Of a DNA stretch of 64,000 bases, positions 10,790-21,072 are shown one piece after another (the first letter of the stretch is position 1; every line of letters begins with the position of its first letter). Below the pieces are notes generated by a model. The model saw only the letters and a list, made by a program, of their open reading frames with translations, had not been told where the DNA came from and ran no database searches. Made by a program: the position numbers and the translations under genes. The stretch lies in contig OZ244937.1 in the NCBI GenBank assembly GCA_965222075.1, positions 2,784,001 to 2,848,000 on the forward strand, in the 5' to 3' direction. This DNA is from Candidatus Latescibacterota bacterium. Lineage in GTDB: Bacteria; Latescibacterota; UBA2968; GCA-2709665.

Positions 10790-11291
10790 CAGCTCCCAAT
10801 GCTTTCTCTTTCCTGCGGGTCAAAACGAACCGATCTTCCTGTTTCCGATAATATCCCGAAACAAACTCACGCTCTGTAAACCCCCAGCCCTCATAGAGCC
10901 GGATGGCGCTCTTGTTAGCCGGATCGACCGTCAGAAAACAGTCCACACCCAGCGCATCCACCTCGACAAACAGCGCCTCCATCAGCCGGGTGCCGACCCC
11001 TTTCCCCCTCTGCGCCTCACCCACAAACACCTTGTGCAAACAATAAGATCCGGATACCGTAGGAAATGCAACCAGCGCCCCCAGAACCTCCCCGTCTTCC
11101 TTCGCGCAGAAAACCAGCGCGTGCTCAATCCAGATCCGCCACACGTGCTCCCCGTCCGGAATATACTCAGAATGCCGGGTCTTTGTCCAGGCCATTCGAT
11201 CCAACCGGGCAATCTCAAGAAAATCCTGCGTCTTTGCACGTTCGATGCGAACCACTACGGAATCCCCTCCTCCCGAACCTTCAGGTACCAT
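10773..11291 (-). CDS. GNAT family N-acetyltransferase
   Basis: VFVGEAQRGKGVGTRLM acetyl-CoA motif; N..AIRLYE.WGF. Confidence 0.85.
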   Translation of the reverse strand: MVPEGSGGGDSVVVRIERAKTQDFLEIARLDRMAWTKTRHSEYIPDGEHVWRIWIEHALVFCAKEDGEVLGALVAFPTVSGSYCLHKVFVGEAQRGKGVGTRLMEALFVEVDALGVDCFLTVDPANKSAIRLYEGWGFTEREFVSGYYRKQEDRFVLTRRKEKALGADEGDL

Positions 11292-11367
11292 TTAACAAAC
11301 CACGACTCGTTCCCCACGGGACAGCAGCCGTTCAACCAGGTGGAATCCGATAAATCCGGCCCCCCCC

Positions 11368-12696
11368 TTATTTTGGATTTCGGAATGCGGAACCTAAAAT
11401 CTCGCCCACCACACGATCGCCTTCAATCCGCCTCAGACACACGCGCCGAACCTGGTTCATCGCAGAATCCGGTCCGGGCGCAAATACCCGGATGTAGTTG
11501 TCCGACACCCCCTGCAGGTACCCCATCTCGGACGTCCGACGGTTTTCAAAAAGCACCTCAAGGGACCTGCCCAGAAACTGCCGGTAGAAGGCCTCGGCCT
11601 TCTGCCGGCCCAAAGCGCGCAGGTCGGTCCCCCGTCGCTTCTTTACCGCCGCATCCACCTGCCCCCCCATCCGGGCGGCCGGCGTCTTCTTTCGGGGAGA
11701 GTAAGGGAAGACGTGGAGGTAGGCCATGGGGCTTTGCTCGATCAAATCGGTGGTATTCCGAAAAGCCGCCTCGGTCTCGCCCGGGAAACCGACCATCACA
11801 TCGCCTCCAATGCCGATGCCCGGAATCCGGTCCGCCAGCTTGTCGACCAGCGCCCGATACTGCGACCGGGTATAGGGGCGGCGCATCGCCTCCAGAATAC
11901 CGTCGTCCCCGCTTTGAAGTGGAATGTGAAGGTGGCGGCAGAACTTTCTCGAAGCCGCAAAGAAGTCGATCACAGGATCGGTAACATACGTCGCTTCAAT
12001 CGAACTAACCCGAAAGCGCCGGAGGCCCCCGATCCCGTCTACTGCCTCTAACACGTCGATCAGGTGCAGGCCCTCTAAATCGGTCCCGTAGTCGCCGATA
12101 TGCACCCCGGTCAGCACCACCTCCTGGTGACCCGCGTCGACCAGCCGCCTCACCTGGGTTGCTGTACTCTCCAGCGTGCGACTGCGGCTCCGCCCCCGGG
12201 CAAAGGGAATAATGCAGAAAGAACAGAATGCGTTGCACCCTTCCTGGATTTTCACAAAGGCCCGGGCCCGGCCGCCGAAATTGAAAATATCCATATCCTG
12301 GAAATCGGCCGTGCGGCTCGACGTCACAAAACTCCGCCCCAGAGAGCAGGTATCGTTCACCAGATCCAGCAGCCGGGTCTTCTCCGCCGTGCCCACCACC
12401 AGATCCACCTCGGGCATCTCGACCAGGGCATCCGGATCGGTCTGCGCGTAACAGCCAACGGCCACAACCGTCCCCCCCGGCGAGATGCGGTGCGCCCGGC
12501 GCAGCATCTGCCGCGACTGCGCGTCCCCCTGGCCGGTGACCGTGCAGGTATTCACCACCGTTACGTCTGCCGGCTCACCAAAGGAAACCACGCGGTATCC
12601 CTGTCCCTCGAACTGCTCGCGGTACCATTCCGTATCGTACGCGTTCAATTTGCAGCCGAGGGTGTAGAATGCAACGGTCTTTCCGGTTGTCTTCAT
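11368..12696 (-). CDS. mtaB: tRNA t6A37 methylthiotransferase MtaB
   Basis: TLGCKLN, NTCTVT, radical SAM CNAFCSFC, EVVLTGVHIG, HVFPYS, TRAM domain. Confidence 0.92.
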   Translation of the reverse strand: MKTTGKTVAFYTLGCKLNAYDTEWYREQFEGQGYRVVSFGEPADVTVVNTCTVTGQGDAQSRQMLRRAHRISPGGTVVAVGCYAQTDPDALVEMPEVDLVVGTAEKTRLLDLVNDTCSLGRSFVTSSRTADFQDMDIFNFGGRARAFVKIQEGCNAFCSFCIIPFARGRSRSRTLESTATQVRRLVDAGHQEVVLTGVHIGDYGTDLEGLHLIDVLEAVDGIGGLRRFRVSSIEATYVTDPVIDFFAASRKFCRHLHIPLQSGDDGILEAMRRPYTRSQYRALVDKLADRIPGIGIGGDVMVGFPGETEAAFRNTTDLIEQSPMAYLHVFPYSPRKKTPAARMGGQVDAAVKKRRGTDLRALGRQKAEAFYRQFLGRSLEVLFENRRTSEMGYLQGVSDNYIRVFAPGPDSAMNQVRRVCLRRIEGDRVVGEILGSAFRNPK

Positions 12697-12728
12697 AAAC
12701 CCCTTTCCAGGGTAATACAACACATACA

Positions 12729-12762
12729 GCAAAGAGTTGAGGAAAATTCCTCAACTCTTTGC
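12729..12762. terminator. Perfect hairpin downstream of rpsA, probable intrinsic terminator
   Basis: GCAAAGAGTTGAGGA-AAAT-TCCTCAACTCTTTGC, 15-bp stem. Confidence 0.7.
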
Positions 12763-12790
12763 CTTATCGTTCGATATCGTCAAAAAAGCA

Positions 12791-14704
12791 TCACGATTCC
12801 GACTCCGGCTTCTTCTCCGATTCCTCTTTTTCTCCTGAATCTGAATCCTCAGACGCCCCGGGTGCTGCCTCCGCCCGAGGCCCGGTTTTGCCTTCTGTTC
12901 CGGCAGCTTTTGCCTCTGCGGCCCCGGCTTTCCGTTCCTTTTCCACCACATCGCCAACCGTAACCGGACGGGTCTGGTGGCTTTCCAGGTAGGCGTCAAT
13001 TTCGGCCTGTTCGGCGTCGCGCAAATACTCTTTCACGCTCAGCACGATCTTCCGCTGTTCCTCGTCGAACTCCACCACCTTCAACGGCAGCTCATCCCCT
13101 TCGGAAAAATGGTCCTGCGGGCGTTTCAGGTCTTCCACGCCCAGCTGCGATGCCGGGATAAACCCCTCCACATCGCCCTCTAAGTCAACCACCAGACCCC
13201 GCTCTAAGATCCGGGAGATCTTACCCGGGGTCTGGTTGCCCACGGCATATTGTACGGCCAGATTGCCCCAGGGGTTCTCCACCGTCTGCTTGTGCCCTAA
13301 GGAAATCCGGCGCCGCTTCTTGTCGATACTGAGAACCACCACATCGATCTCCTGGCCCTTCTTGACCACCTCGCTTGGATGCCGCACCCGCCGGGTCCAG
13401 GACATATCCGAGATGTGGACCAGGCCGTCAATGCCCTCTTCGATCTCCACAAAGGCCCCAAAATTGACCAGGTTGCGCACCCTGCCCACCAACCGGGTGC
13501 CAGGCGGGTACTTTTCGTCCAGCGTGAGCCAGGGATCGGACGTCACCTGCTTGAGGCCCAGCGAAATCTTCTGCCCATCCTTATCCACGTTGAGAATCAC
13601 AACGTCTACATCATCGCCGATGGAGAGCAGCTTGGAAGGGTGCCGGATGTGCTGCGTCCAGGACATCTCCGAGATGTGGACCAGGCCCTCTACGCCCTGC
13701 TCCAGCTCCACGAAAGCCCCGTAATCGGTGATGCTCACCACCCGCCCCCGTACCCGGGCCCCCACGGGATACTTCTCTTCGATATTCTCCCAGGGATGGG
13801 GCGTAAGTTGCTTCAGGCCAAGTGAGATCCGCTCCCGCTCTTCGTCGTAATTGAGCACCTTCACCTGCACCCGATCGCCAATGGACAGGGCCTCCGAAGG
13901 GTGCCCCACCCGCCCCCAGGAGATATCGGTAATGTGAAGCAAGCCGTCTAAGCCACCCAGGTCGATAAACGCCCCGAAATCGGTGATGTTCTTGACCACC
14001 CCCTCGCGCACCTGACCCACCTCTAAGGTCTGCAGGATCTGTTTGCGCAGACGCTCCCGCTCTTCCTCTAACACCACGCGCCGTGAAACAACAATATTGC
14101 GCCGATTCTTGTTGAGCTTGATGATGTGGAACGGAAAGACCTCGCCGATAAACTGGTCGAAATTCTTCACCTGCTTAATATCGATCTGGGAACCCGGAAG
14201 GAAGGCATCCACCCCGAACAGGTCAACCACAATCCCACCCTTGATGCGGCGCACCAGGCGCCCTTCAACGATCTGATCGCTGTCGTAGGCGTCCTTGATC
14301 CGGTCCCAGACGCGCATAAAGTCGGCCTTCTGCTTGGAAAGGACGATCTGGCCTTCCTGATCTTCCACATTTTCTAAGTAGACCTCGATCTCCTGTCCAA
14401 CCTCAACATCAGAGAGACCGCCGAACTCCGAAAGGGGGATGGCCCCTTCAGACTTAAATCCGATATCCACGACAACGGTGTTTTCATCAACGGCCAGAAC
14501 GGTACCACTGACGATTTCGCCTTCGGCGATGTTGTTCATCGTATCTTCGTAAAGGCTCATCATCTTGGCAAATTCTTCTTCCGAATATTCGCTTTCATCC
14601 AGAGCCTTCAGCGCGTCTTCCGGAGGGGCGGCCACAGCAGCGGGCGCTTTCCCTTCTATGGTCTGATCGGCACCGGGTTCTTTGTTATTCTCTTCCTCAA
14701 ACAT
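12791..14704 (-). CDS. rpsA: 30S ribosomal protein S1
   Basis: Six S1 repeats (FGAFVEL..GVEGLVHISEMSW); RBS AAGGAGG before ATG at 14704. Confidence 0.97.
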   Translation of the reverse strand: MFEEENNKEPGADQTIEGKAPAAVAAPPEDALKALDESEYSEEEFAKMMSLYEDTMNNIAEGEIVSGTVLAVDENTVVVDIGFKSEGAIPLSEFGGLSDVEVGQEIEVYLENVEDQEGQIVLSKQKADFMRVWDRIKDAYDSDQIVEGRLVRRIKGGIVVDLFGVDAFLPGSQIDIKQVKNFDQFIGEVFPFHIIKLNKNRRNIVVSRRVVLEEERERLRKQILQTLEVGQVREGVVKNITDFGAFIDLGGLDGLLHITDISWGRVGHPSEALSIGDRVQVKVLNYDEERERISLGLKQLTPHPWENIEEKYPVGARVRGRVVSITDYGAFVELEQGVEGLVHISEMSWTQHIRHPSKLLSIGDDVDVVILNVDKDGQKISLGLKQVTSDPWLTLDEKYPPGTRLVGRVRNLVNFGAFVEIEEGIDGLVHISDMSWTRRVRHPSEVVKKGQEIDVVVLSIDKKRRRISLGHKQTVENPWGNLAVQYAVGNQTPGKISRILERGLVVDLEGDVEGFIPASQLGVEDLKRPQDHFSEGDELPLKVVEFDEEQRKIVLSVKEYLRDAEQAEIDAYLESHQTRPVTVGDVVEKERKAGAAEAKAAGTEGKTGPRAEAAPGASEDSDSGEKEESEKKPESES

Positions 14705-14826
14705 TCGACAACAACCTCCTTGTCCATACCTCGAAACTTGGGCAGGTCCCATTCAAGAGGCACAGAACAGGTCCGGAAATAAAGGGTAAAACAGGGACTG
14801 AATCCCCGTTGAAAACAGGCCGGCAT

Positions 14827-15489
14827 CTATGAGAGAACACACGGTGCAGGAGCGGCCGTGCCGGCGTTCCGTCCCCCCCGCTTCAGTTCACTGATCTTGC
14901 GCATCACCTCGCTGCTGATGGATTGATAAGCCTCTTTTCGCCTTGAGGACAACCCGTCTGAATGAAACAGAACCGGCTCGCCGAACTTCACAACCACACG
15001 GCTCAAACCGATCAGACTCTTCCAGACATTGACCGTGCCCGAAATATAGGCCGGTACCACCGGAACCCGGGTACGATAGACCATCATGCCGATGCCCGCC
15101 TTGGGTTCGAGAAAACGGTCCGTTTTGTTCCGGGTCCCTTCTGGGGAGAGGAAGATGGCCCTGCCGGCCTTCAACCGTTTTTCAATGGTCCTCAAGGCGT
15201 TCCGATCGCCCCGAGATCGGTCGATTGGCATGGCGTTCAATTTTTCGACCAATCGTCCAAAAAACGGTACGGAAAAAAACTCCTGCTTAGTAACATACAA
15301 AAGTTCCCGGCTGGCCGCAACCCCGATCAGAACGGGATCGACATAGGAGCAGTGATTGCTGGCTAAGATCAGCCCGCCGTTTGCCGGAATGCGCTCATTT
15401 CCCTCCACCTGAAGCCGAAAGAAGAGCCTGGACAAGCCATACGCAATCCACCAGCAGGCCTGATAAAAACGCATATACGACCTCCCCAA
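14827..15489 (-). CDS. plsC: 1-acyl-sn-glycerol-3-phosphate acyltransferase
   Basis: NHCSYVD (HX4D) and PEGTR motifs; lies between cmk and rpsA. Confidence 0.88.
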   Translation of the reverse strand: MGRSYMRFYQACWWIAYGLSRLFFRLQVEGNERIPANGGLILASNHCSYVDPVLIGVAASRELLYVTKQEFFSVPFFGRLVEKLNAMPIDRSRGDRNALRTIEKRLKAGRAIFLSPEGTRNKTDRFLEPKAGIGMMVYRTRVPVVPAYISGTVNVWKSLIGLSRVVVKFGEPVLFHSDGLSSRRKEAYQSISSEVMRKISELKRGGRNAGTAAPAPCVLS

Positions 15490-15495
15490 CAGGTG

Positions 15496-16224
15496 TCAGG
15501 CCGGGCCGGCCGTGTGCTCCCCTCGGCCCCCCTCTGAGACAGAGCCTCCTCCCCGCTCCAGCGCCAGGCGGACCACACGGTCCACCTGTTCCTCAATCGA
15601 AAGGCCTGTCGTATCCAGACGCACGGCATCGGAAGTCGGCCATTCCCCCATCTTCAACTGTGTGGCTTCGTCCCGGGCATCCCGGGCGCGAATCTGTTCG
15701 ATCAGCGTGGAGAAATCCGCCTCCTCCCCCCACCTGGCCATCTCCACAGAGCGCCGCCGGGCCCGCTCGGCAACGTCAGTAACCAGGAAGATCTTAAGTT
15801 CGGCGTCGGGAAATACCACCGTACCGGTATCCCGGCCCTCCAGCACAATCCCGCCGTCCCACCCGATCTCCTGCTGGAGCCCCACCAGCACCTCCCGAAC
15901 CTCCGGATGGGCCGCAACCCGAGACGCCGCATCCGAGGCCTCCGGCGTCCGGATGGCCCCCGACACATCCTCCCCATCCAGGAGCGTCTGCTGGCCCCTG
16001 GGGTGCAAACGCAGATCGATGCGCACCTGCCGGGCCAGCCGGGCGGCGGTCTCCCCGTCGTCTGGACTGATACCGGCCCGGAGCAACTCCAGACCCAGCG
16101 CCCGGTACATCGCCCCGGTATCCAGATAAAGATACCCCAAACGGCGGGCAACCCCCCGCGCCGTGGTGCTCTTGCCCGATCCGGCCGGACCGTCAATCGC
16201 AATGACGATGCCCTTCTTCCGCAT
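15496..16224 (-). CDS. cmk: Cytidylate kinase
   Basis: IAIDGPAGSGKST, DTGAMYR and EGRDTGTVVFPDA motifs. Confidence 0.95.
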   Translation of the reverse strand: MRKKGIVIAIDGPAGSGKSTTARGVARRLGYLYLDTGAMYRALGLELLRAGISPDDGETAARLARQVRIDLRLHPRGQQTLLDGEDVSGAIRTPEASDAASRVAAHPEVREVLVGLQQEIGWDGGIVLEGRDTGTVVFPDAELKIFLVTDVAERARRRSVEMARWGEEADFSTLIEQIRARDARDEATQLKMGEWPTSDAVRLDTTGLSIEEQVDRVVRLALERGGGSVSEGGRGEHTAGPA

Positions 16225-16975
16225 CGATTGCCCACACACAGGCCGCCTCCAGCCCAACCAGCTGCTTCAAATGCGCGACCTCCCCCCGGCTCAGGCGCCG
16301 CCAGTGACCCGGTTCGAGCCCCTCGGTCGTAATCCCGGCAAAGGCGATCCGTTCCAGCCCACGCACCGGGTGCCCCACTTCCCCACACATCCGTTTGACC
16401 TGCCGCTTCCGCCCCTCGTGCAGCGTCAACTCAAGCACGCCGTTGCCCCCGGCAGTTTCCACCAGCCGGACCTCTGCAGGGGCCGTAAGCCTTCCTTCCA
16501 GCGGGACGCCTTCGCAAAGCCTTCTCAAGACATCTGGAGAGGCAACCCCCTCAACGTGCGCCCGATAGGTCTTCTTCACGCCGTACCTGGGGTGCATCAA
16601 CCGGTAGCTCAAATCTCCATCGTCGGTCAGCAGCAGAACGCCTCGCGTATCCAGGTCGAGCCGTCCCACAGGAAAGACCCGCGCTTTTATCCCCTCTAAG
16701 AGGTCGTATACCGTGCGGCGGTGGTGCGGATCGCCCGAAGAGACGAGGTAGCCGGGCGGCTTGTTCAACACCAGATAGGTACACACCGCAGGCAACCGAA
16801 TCCACCGTCCGTTGTAGACCACCCGGTCGGCCTCAGGATCGATCAGAATGCCGGGATGATCCACCCGCAGCCCGTTAACCTGGACCTGTCCCGCCTGAAT
16901 CAGCCGGTCACTCGCCCTCCGGGAGGCGACACCCGCCCGGGCCAGAAATCGATTCAGACGCTCCCTCTGACCCAT
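16193..16975 (-). CDS. rluB: 23S rRNA pseudouridine synthase (RluB/RsuA family)
   Basis: S4 domain RLNRFLARAGVASRR, GRLD catalytic motif, EGRKRQVKRM; follows scpB. Confidence 0.88.
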   Translation of the reverse strand: MGQRERLNRFLARAGVASRRASDRLIQAGQVQVNGLRVDHPGILIDPEADRVVYNGRWIRLPAVCTYLVLNKPPGYLVSSGDPHHRRTVYDLLEGIKARVFPVGRLDLDTRGVLLLTDDGDLSYRLMHPRYGVKKTYRAHVEGVASPDVLRRLCEGVPLEGRLTAPAEVRLVETAGGNGVLELTLHEGRKRQVKRMCGEVGHPVRGLERIAFAGITTEGLEPGHWRRLSRGEVAHLKQLVGLEAACVWAIDAEEGHRHCD

Positions 16976-17672
16976 CGCCACCGTCTGATTCCCCTTCGTA
17001 AGCGCCATCTGCATCGCCTGCCCCCCTGTCTGGCGTCTCACCGCCCGGCCCGGCCGCTTTGAAAAGATCCTCTAAGACGCCTCCTTCGGAAGCGCGCTCT
17101 TCCCCCTCCTGAAACAGCTCCTCCACTTCCCTCAGCTTTGGCAGGTCCGATAGGGTCTTCAACCCAAAATGCTTCAGAAAATCGCGTGTTGTCCCGTAAA
17201 GCAAAGGGCGCCCCGGCCCGTCGGCACGCCCGGAAATCCGGATCAGCCCCTTCTCCAACAGGTGCCGGAGAACGCCGTCTACCGTCACCCCCCGGATGTG
17301 TTCCACTTCGGCCTTGGTGAGGGGCTGCCTGAAAGCAATCATAGCGAGGGTCTCCAGGGCCGCCTGGGAAAGCCGGGCAGGCGCCTTCTCCCGCAACAGC
17401 CGCCTCGCCCAGGAGGCGTACTCGGGGTGGACCATCAGCTGAAAGCCTCCTGCCACCTCCGTAACCTTAAAGCTGCGGCCGGTGCTGAGGTACTCGTTGT
17501 TCAGGTCATCAACATAGGTGCGGATCTCCCGCGCCTCAACACCGGAAAGCACCGAGGCAATTTTCCCAACACCAATCGGCACATCCGAGGCAATCAGCAG
17601 GGCCTCAATAATGCTGCGGTTGCGGGCATGTTCATCGGGCGCCAGATCTTCTGAATGCGCGTTATCAGACAT
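16908..17672 (-). CDS. scpB: SMC-Scp complex subunit ScpB
   Basis: LSQAALETLA.IAFRQP and GRPLLYGTT..FL.HFGL motifs. Confidence 0.95.
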   Translation of the reverse strand: MSDNAHSEDLAPDEHARNRSIIEALLIASDVPIGVGKIASVLSGVEAREIRTYVDDLNNEYLSTGRSFKVTEVAGGFQLMVHPEYASWARRLLREKAPARLSQAALETLAMIAFRQPLTKAEVEHIRGVTVDGVLRHLLEKGLIRISGRADGPGRPLLYGTTRDFLKHFGLKTLSDLPKLREVEELFQEGEERASEGGVLEDLFKAAGPGGETPDRGAGDADGAYEGESDGGDGSEGASESISGPGGCRLPEGE

Positions 17673-18471
17673 CGCGTTGGGATCCCGGTGGTGTTTTTGC
17701 CTCCTGCGCCTCTGTTTCGGCTTCCTGTTTATAGATCCAGATGTCGCTGTTCAAATCGACCTGTCGGGCCACCACCTGCCCTGTCCGGATCAGTTCAAGG
17801 AGGGCGATAAAAGTCACAATCAACACAATGCGCGGCAGCCCCGAAACCAGCTCAACAAAGGAGGCACGCTCCTTCTGTGCAAGAACATCCAGGATAACCT
17901 CAGCACACTCCTCTGTGTTAACCTCCACCCGCTCAACCTCGTGGAAGTCGACCTTGGGAGCAGCGGCTAAAGCCTGTTTAAAAGCGGCTAAAAGGTCGAA
18001 GAGACCCACCGACCGGCAGGCTTCTAACGCATCCTCCTCAAGCCCCACCATATCCAATGCGGCCCCCCGGTAAAAGCGATCGCGACAGGCCGCCTGCTGG
18101 TCCTCCATCCAGGAAGCCACCTCCTTGAACTGCTGGTATTCCAGCAAGCGCCGGACCAGGTCTTCCCTCGGATCCCCGGCCTCCTCCTCGTCCTCCGGGT
18201 CGGACGGCAGGAGCATCCGGGATTTGATCTTCATCAGGGTGGCCGCCATCAACACAAAGTCTCCGGCCTGTTCCAGGTTGAGGCTTTGAATGACTTCCAC
18301 GTATGCTAAGAACTGCCGGGTGATCTCCGCAATCGGGATATCGTAAATATCGATTTCGTTCTTCCGGATCAGGAAGAGGAGAAGGTCCAGAGGCCCTTCA
18401 AAGATATCGATCTTAATTCCGTAGGGGCCAAAACCGGCATCGACCTGAAAAGCCAGGGAATTTGCGACCAT
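17665..18471 (-). CDS. scpA: Segregation and condensation protein ScpA
   Basis: FEGPLDLLLFLI, IDIYDIPI and FIALLELI motifs. Confidence 0.95.
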   Translation of the reverse strand: MVANSLAFQVDAGFGPYGIKIDIFEGPLDLLLFLIRKNEIDIYDIPIAEITRQFLAYVEVIQSLNLEQAGDFVLMAATLMKIKSRMLLPSDPEDEEEAGDPREDLVRRLLEYQQFKEVASWMEDQQAACRDRFYRGAALDMVGLEEDALEACRSVGLFDLLAAFKQALAAAPKVDFHEVERVEVNTEECAEVILDVLAQKERASFVELVSGLPRIVLIVTFIALLELIRTGQVVARQVDLNSDIWIYKQEAETEAQEAKTPPGSQRDV

Positions 18472-18537
18472 TCGGAAACCCCTTGCGTATTGAAGATCGC
18501 CGGAATTGAATATTGAAAAACATCCAATCTTCAATCT

Positions 18538-19065
18538 TCAATCCATAAATAGATAGGGGCGCCAGCGCCAGTCTGGCACCCCGATGAAATGACTGATAAA
18601 GGTGACGTTGTTGGGCTGACGCGGCTTGCGCAGGAGGGCAAGACCGACCTGATCGGGCGACCGATTTCCCTTTCGGTTGTTGCAGCGCAAACAGGCGCAA
18701 ACCAGATTGTGCCAGGACTCCCTCCCCCCCTGTGTCCTGGGGATCACGTGGTCCACCGTCATCGGCCCCCGCCTGGTGCCGCAGTACTGGCACTGGTGCC
18801 CATCCCGCTTCAGAATATTCCGTTTGGATAGGGCGAGTTGCTTGGGAGAGATCCGTACATAGATGGCCAGGCGCACCACGCTGGGGACGGGAAATTGCTG
18901 TGAAACCGACCGGATACAGGTATCGAGCGACTCGATAACTTCCGCCCGCCCCCGAAAGACCAGCACAATCGCCCGCCGGACGCTGCAAACGTGGATCGGT
19001 TCGTAGCTCTGGTTGAGCACCAGAACAGATCGATTGAGCAGTGGCACACCTGCGGTTTTTATCAT
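18538..19065 (-). CDS. HNH endonuclease (McrA-like, VLVLN..YEP family)
   Basis: RD...CQYCG, TVDHVIP and NLVCAC..CN..KGN motifs. Confidence 0.9.
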   Translation of the reverse strand: MIKTAGVPLLNRSVLVLNQSYEPIHVCSVRRAIVLVFRGRAEVIESLDTCIRSVSQQFPVPSVVRLAIYVRISPKQLALSKRNILKRDGHQCQYCGTRRGPMTVDHVIPRTQGGRESWHNLVCACLRCNNRKGNRSPDQVGLALLRKPRQPNNVTFISHFIGVPDWRWRPYLFMD

Positions 19066-19257
19066 GGCGAAATGGCTCTACAGATACAGGTATTCAAATT
19101 GCTCAGAATCTTTATAAGCTTTTATAGAATAAAGCCTTTATCCTGCAAAGTCAAGTCTTTTAATGATTGTTTATGTCAGTTCCTCTCGTTATGGAAATAA
19201 ATTCCCACGCTACAAAATCAGGAAGTCTGGACAAGCCGGATGATAAAAAACAAACCC

Positions 19258-19647
19258 TCATTCCTCCTCAATAAGCCTCGCATACGCCTCCGCGCTCAAC
19301 AGCGCCTCCAGATCGGTGGCATCCTGAATCCGCAGCTTGATCATCCAGCCTTCACCGTAGGGATCTTCGTTAATCTGCACAGCGTCCTCGGTAAGGGCGG
19401 TATTGACGTCCACGACCTCCCCCGACACGGGCGCATAGAGATCCTCCACCGTCTTTACGGCCTCCACCGTTCCAAAGGCCTTTCCATGTTCCACCGTATC
19501 TCCCACATCGGGGAGTTCCACAAAAACAATATCGCCCAGTTCTCCCTGTGCGTAGTCGGTAATCCCGACCACACCCTGATCGCCTTCCAGGCGCAACCAC
19601 TCGTGTTCCGAGGTATACAAAAGCTCTTCCGGAATTTCTGATGACAT
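19258..19647 (-). CDS. gcvH: Glycine cleavage system H protein
   Basis: HEW, GITDYAQGELGDIVFVELP, VEAVK lipoyl lysine, NEDPYGEGW. Confidence 0.96.
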   Translation of the reverse strand: MSSEIPEELLYTSEHEWLRLEGDQGVVGITDYAQGELGDIVFVELPDVGDTVEHGKAFGTVEAVKTVEDLYAPVSGEVVDVNTALTEDAVQINEDPYGEGWMIKLRIQDATDLEALLSAEAYARLIEEE

Positions 19648-19674
19648 AATGGAAAACTCCTTAAACGTAGTTCT

Positions 19675-21033
19675 TTACCTCTCGTAGCCGAGATTCTGGA
19701 CAAAATCCGTCGCGATCCGTCCGTTTTGAAAATCGGGATGGCGCAGGATCTTGAGGTGGAAAGGAATGGTGGTTGGTACCCCTTCGATCACAAACTCCTG
19801 GAGGGCCCGAACCATCCGCCCAACCGCTTCCTCCCGGTTCTCCCCATAGGCGATCAACTTGGCCAGAAGCGAGTCGTACTGCGCTGGAATCCGATAGCCC
19901 GAATAGGCATGTGAATCGATCCGGATACCGGGCCCTCCCGGCATGTGAAAGGTGGTAACCGTGCCCGGAGAAGGCCGAAAGTTGTGATCGGGGTCTTCGG
20001 CGTTGATCCTGCACTCGATCGCATGCCCGGTGGGGATAACCGCCTCCTGATCAAATCCCAGAGGTGCTTCCGCTGCAATGCGAATCTGGGCCTTCACCAG
20101 GTCGATTCCGGTCACCATTTCGGTCACCGGATGCTCTACCTGAATCCGGGTATTCATTTCCAGAAAATAGAAATCGCCCGACGCATCTAAGAGGAATTCC
20201 ACGGTACCGGCGCTGAAATACCCCACGGACCGCGCCCCGGCAATGGCGGCCTCCCCCATCTGGCGGCGCAAATCGGCATCCACGGCCAGCGAAGGAGACT
20301 CTTCCACCAGTTTCTGGTGCCGCCGCTGGATGGAGCATTCCCGCTCCCCCAGGTGCACAAGGGTGCCCGATTGATCCCCCAGGACCTGAATCTCCACGTG
20401 CCGGGGGCCTTCAACCTCCTTCTCTAAGTACAGCGCACCCGAGGTAAAGGCGGCCTCGGCTTCGGCATGCGCCATCTGCCAGGCCCGCTCCAGTTCCTCC
20501 TCGGAATGAACGGTGCGCATGCCCCGACCACCCCCTCCCACAACCGCCTTGAGCCGAACCGGATACCCGATGCGCGAAACAGCCTCACGCGCTTCTTCCA
20601 GATCCTGCAGCATACCCGTCCCGGGTGAGACGGGCACGCCTGCCTCCACCATGATCTGGCGTGCCACCGCCTTATCGCCCATCTTTCGGATGGATTCGGG
20701 CGAAGGGCCGATAAAGGTGACTCCACAGGACGTGCAGATCTCGGCAAATTCGGCGTATTCCGCCAGCGGCCCGTACCCGGGGTGGATCGCATCGGCGTCG
20801 GTCACCTCAGCAGCACTTAAGATACGCGGGATGTTCCGATAGCTCTGATCTCCGGGAGGAGGTCCTATACAGACATCCTCATCTGCGAATCCGATGTGCA
20901 AAGAGTTGGCGTCGGCCTCGGAGTGGACGGCAACGGTCTGGATGCCGAGTTCCTTACAGGCCCGGATAACCCTCAGGGCGATCTCACCTCGATCGGCCAC
21001 AAGGATCTTTCTGAACAAATGCGTTCGCGACAC
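19675..21033 (-). CDS. accC: Acetyl-CoA carboxylase biotin carboxylase subunit
   Basis: RGEIALR, GGGGRGMR, RECSIQRRHQK and EMNTRIQVEHPVTE motifs. Confidence 0.96.
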   Translation of the reverse strand: MSRTHLFRKILVADRGEIALRVIRACKELGIQTVAVHSEADANSLHIGFADEDVCIGPPPGDQSYRNIPRILSAAEVTDADAIHPGYGPLAEYAEFAEICTSCGVTFIGPSPESIRKMGDKAVARQIMVEAGVPVSPGTGMLQDLEEAREAVSRIGYPVRLKAVVGGGGRGMRTVHSEEELERAWQMAHAEAEAAFTSGALYLEKEVEGPRHVEIQVLGDQSGTLVHLGERECSIQRRHQKLVEESPSLAVDADLRRQMGEAAIAGARSVGYFSAGTVEFLLDASGDFYFLEMNTRIQVEHPVTEMVTGIDLVKAQIRIAAEAPLGFDQEAVIPTGHAIECRINAEDPDHNFRPSPGTVTTFHMPGGPGIRIDSHAYSGYRIPAQYDSLLAKLIAYGENREEAVGRMVRALQEFVIEGVPTTIPFHLKILRHPDFQNGRIATDFVQNLGYER

Positions 21034-21072
21034 GGGAATAAACGGGGGTAGGACGTTGTAATGGTGTGGGCT

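Noticed and set aside
10647-11984. Long antisense ORFs (e.g. 10647-11984, 23114-24307, 32284-33540, 53044-54291)
   Set aside because: Shadow frames of well-supported genes on the opposite strand in high-GC DNA.
18538-19065. HNH gene as the mobiliser of the micro-elements
   Set aside because: It belongs to a common stand-alone HNH family in a core operon and has no element copies nearby.
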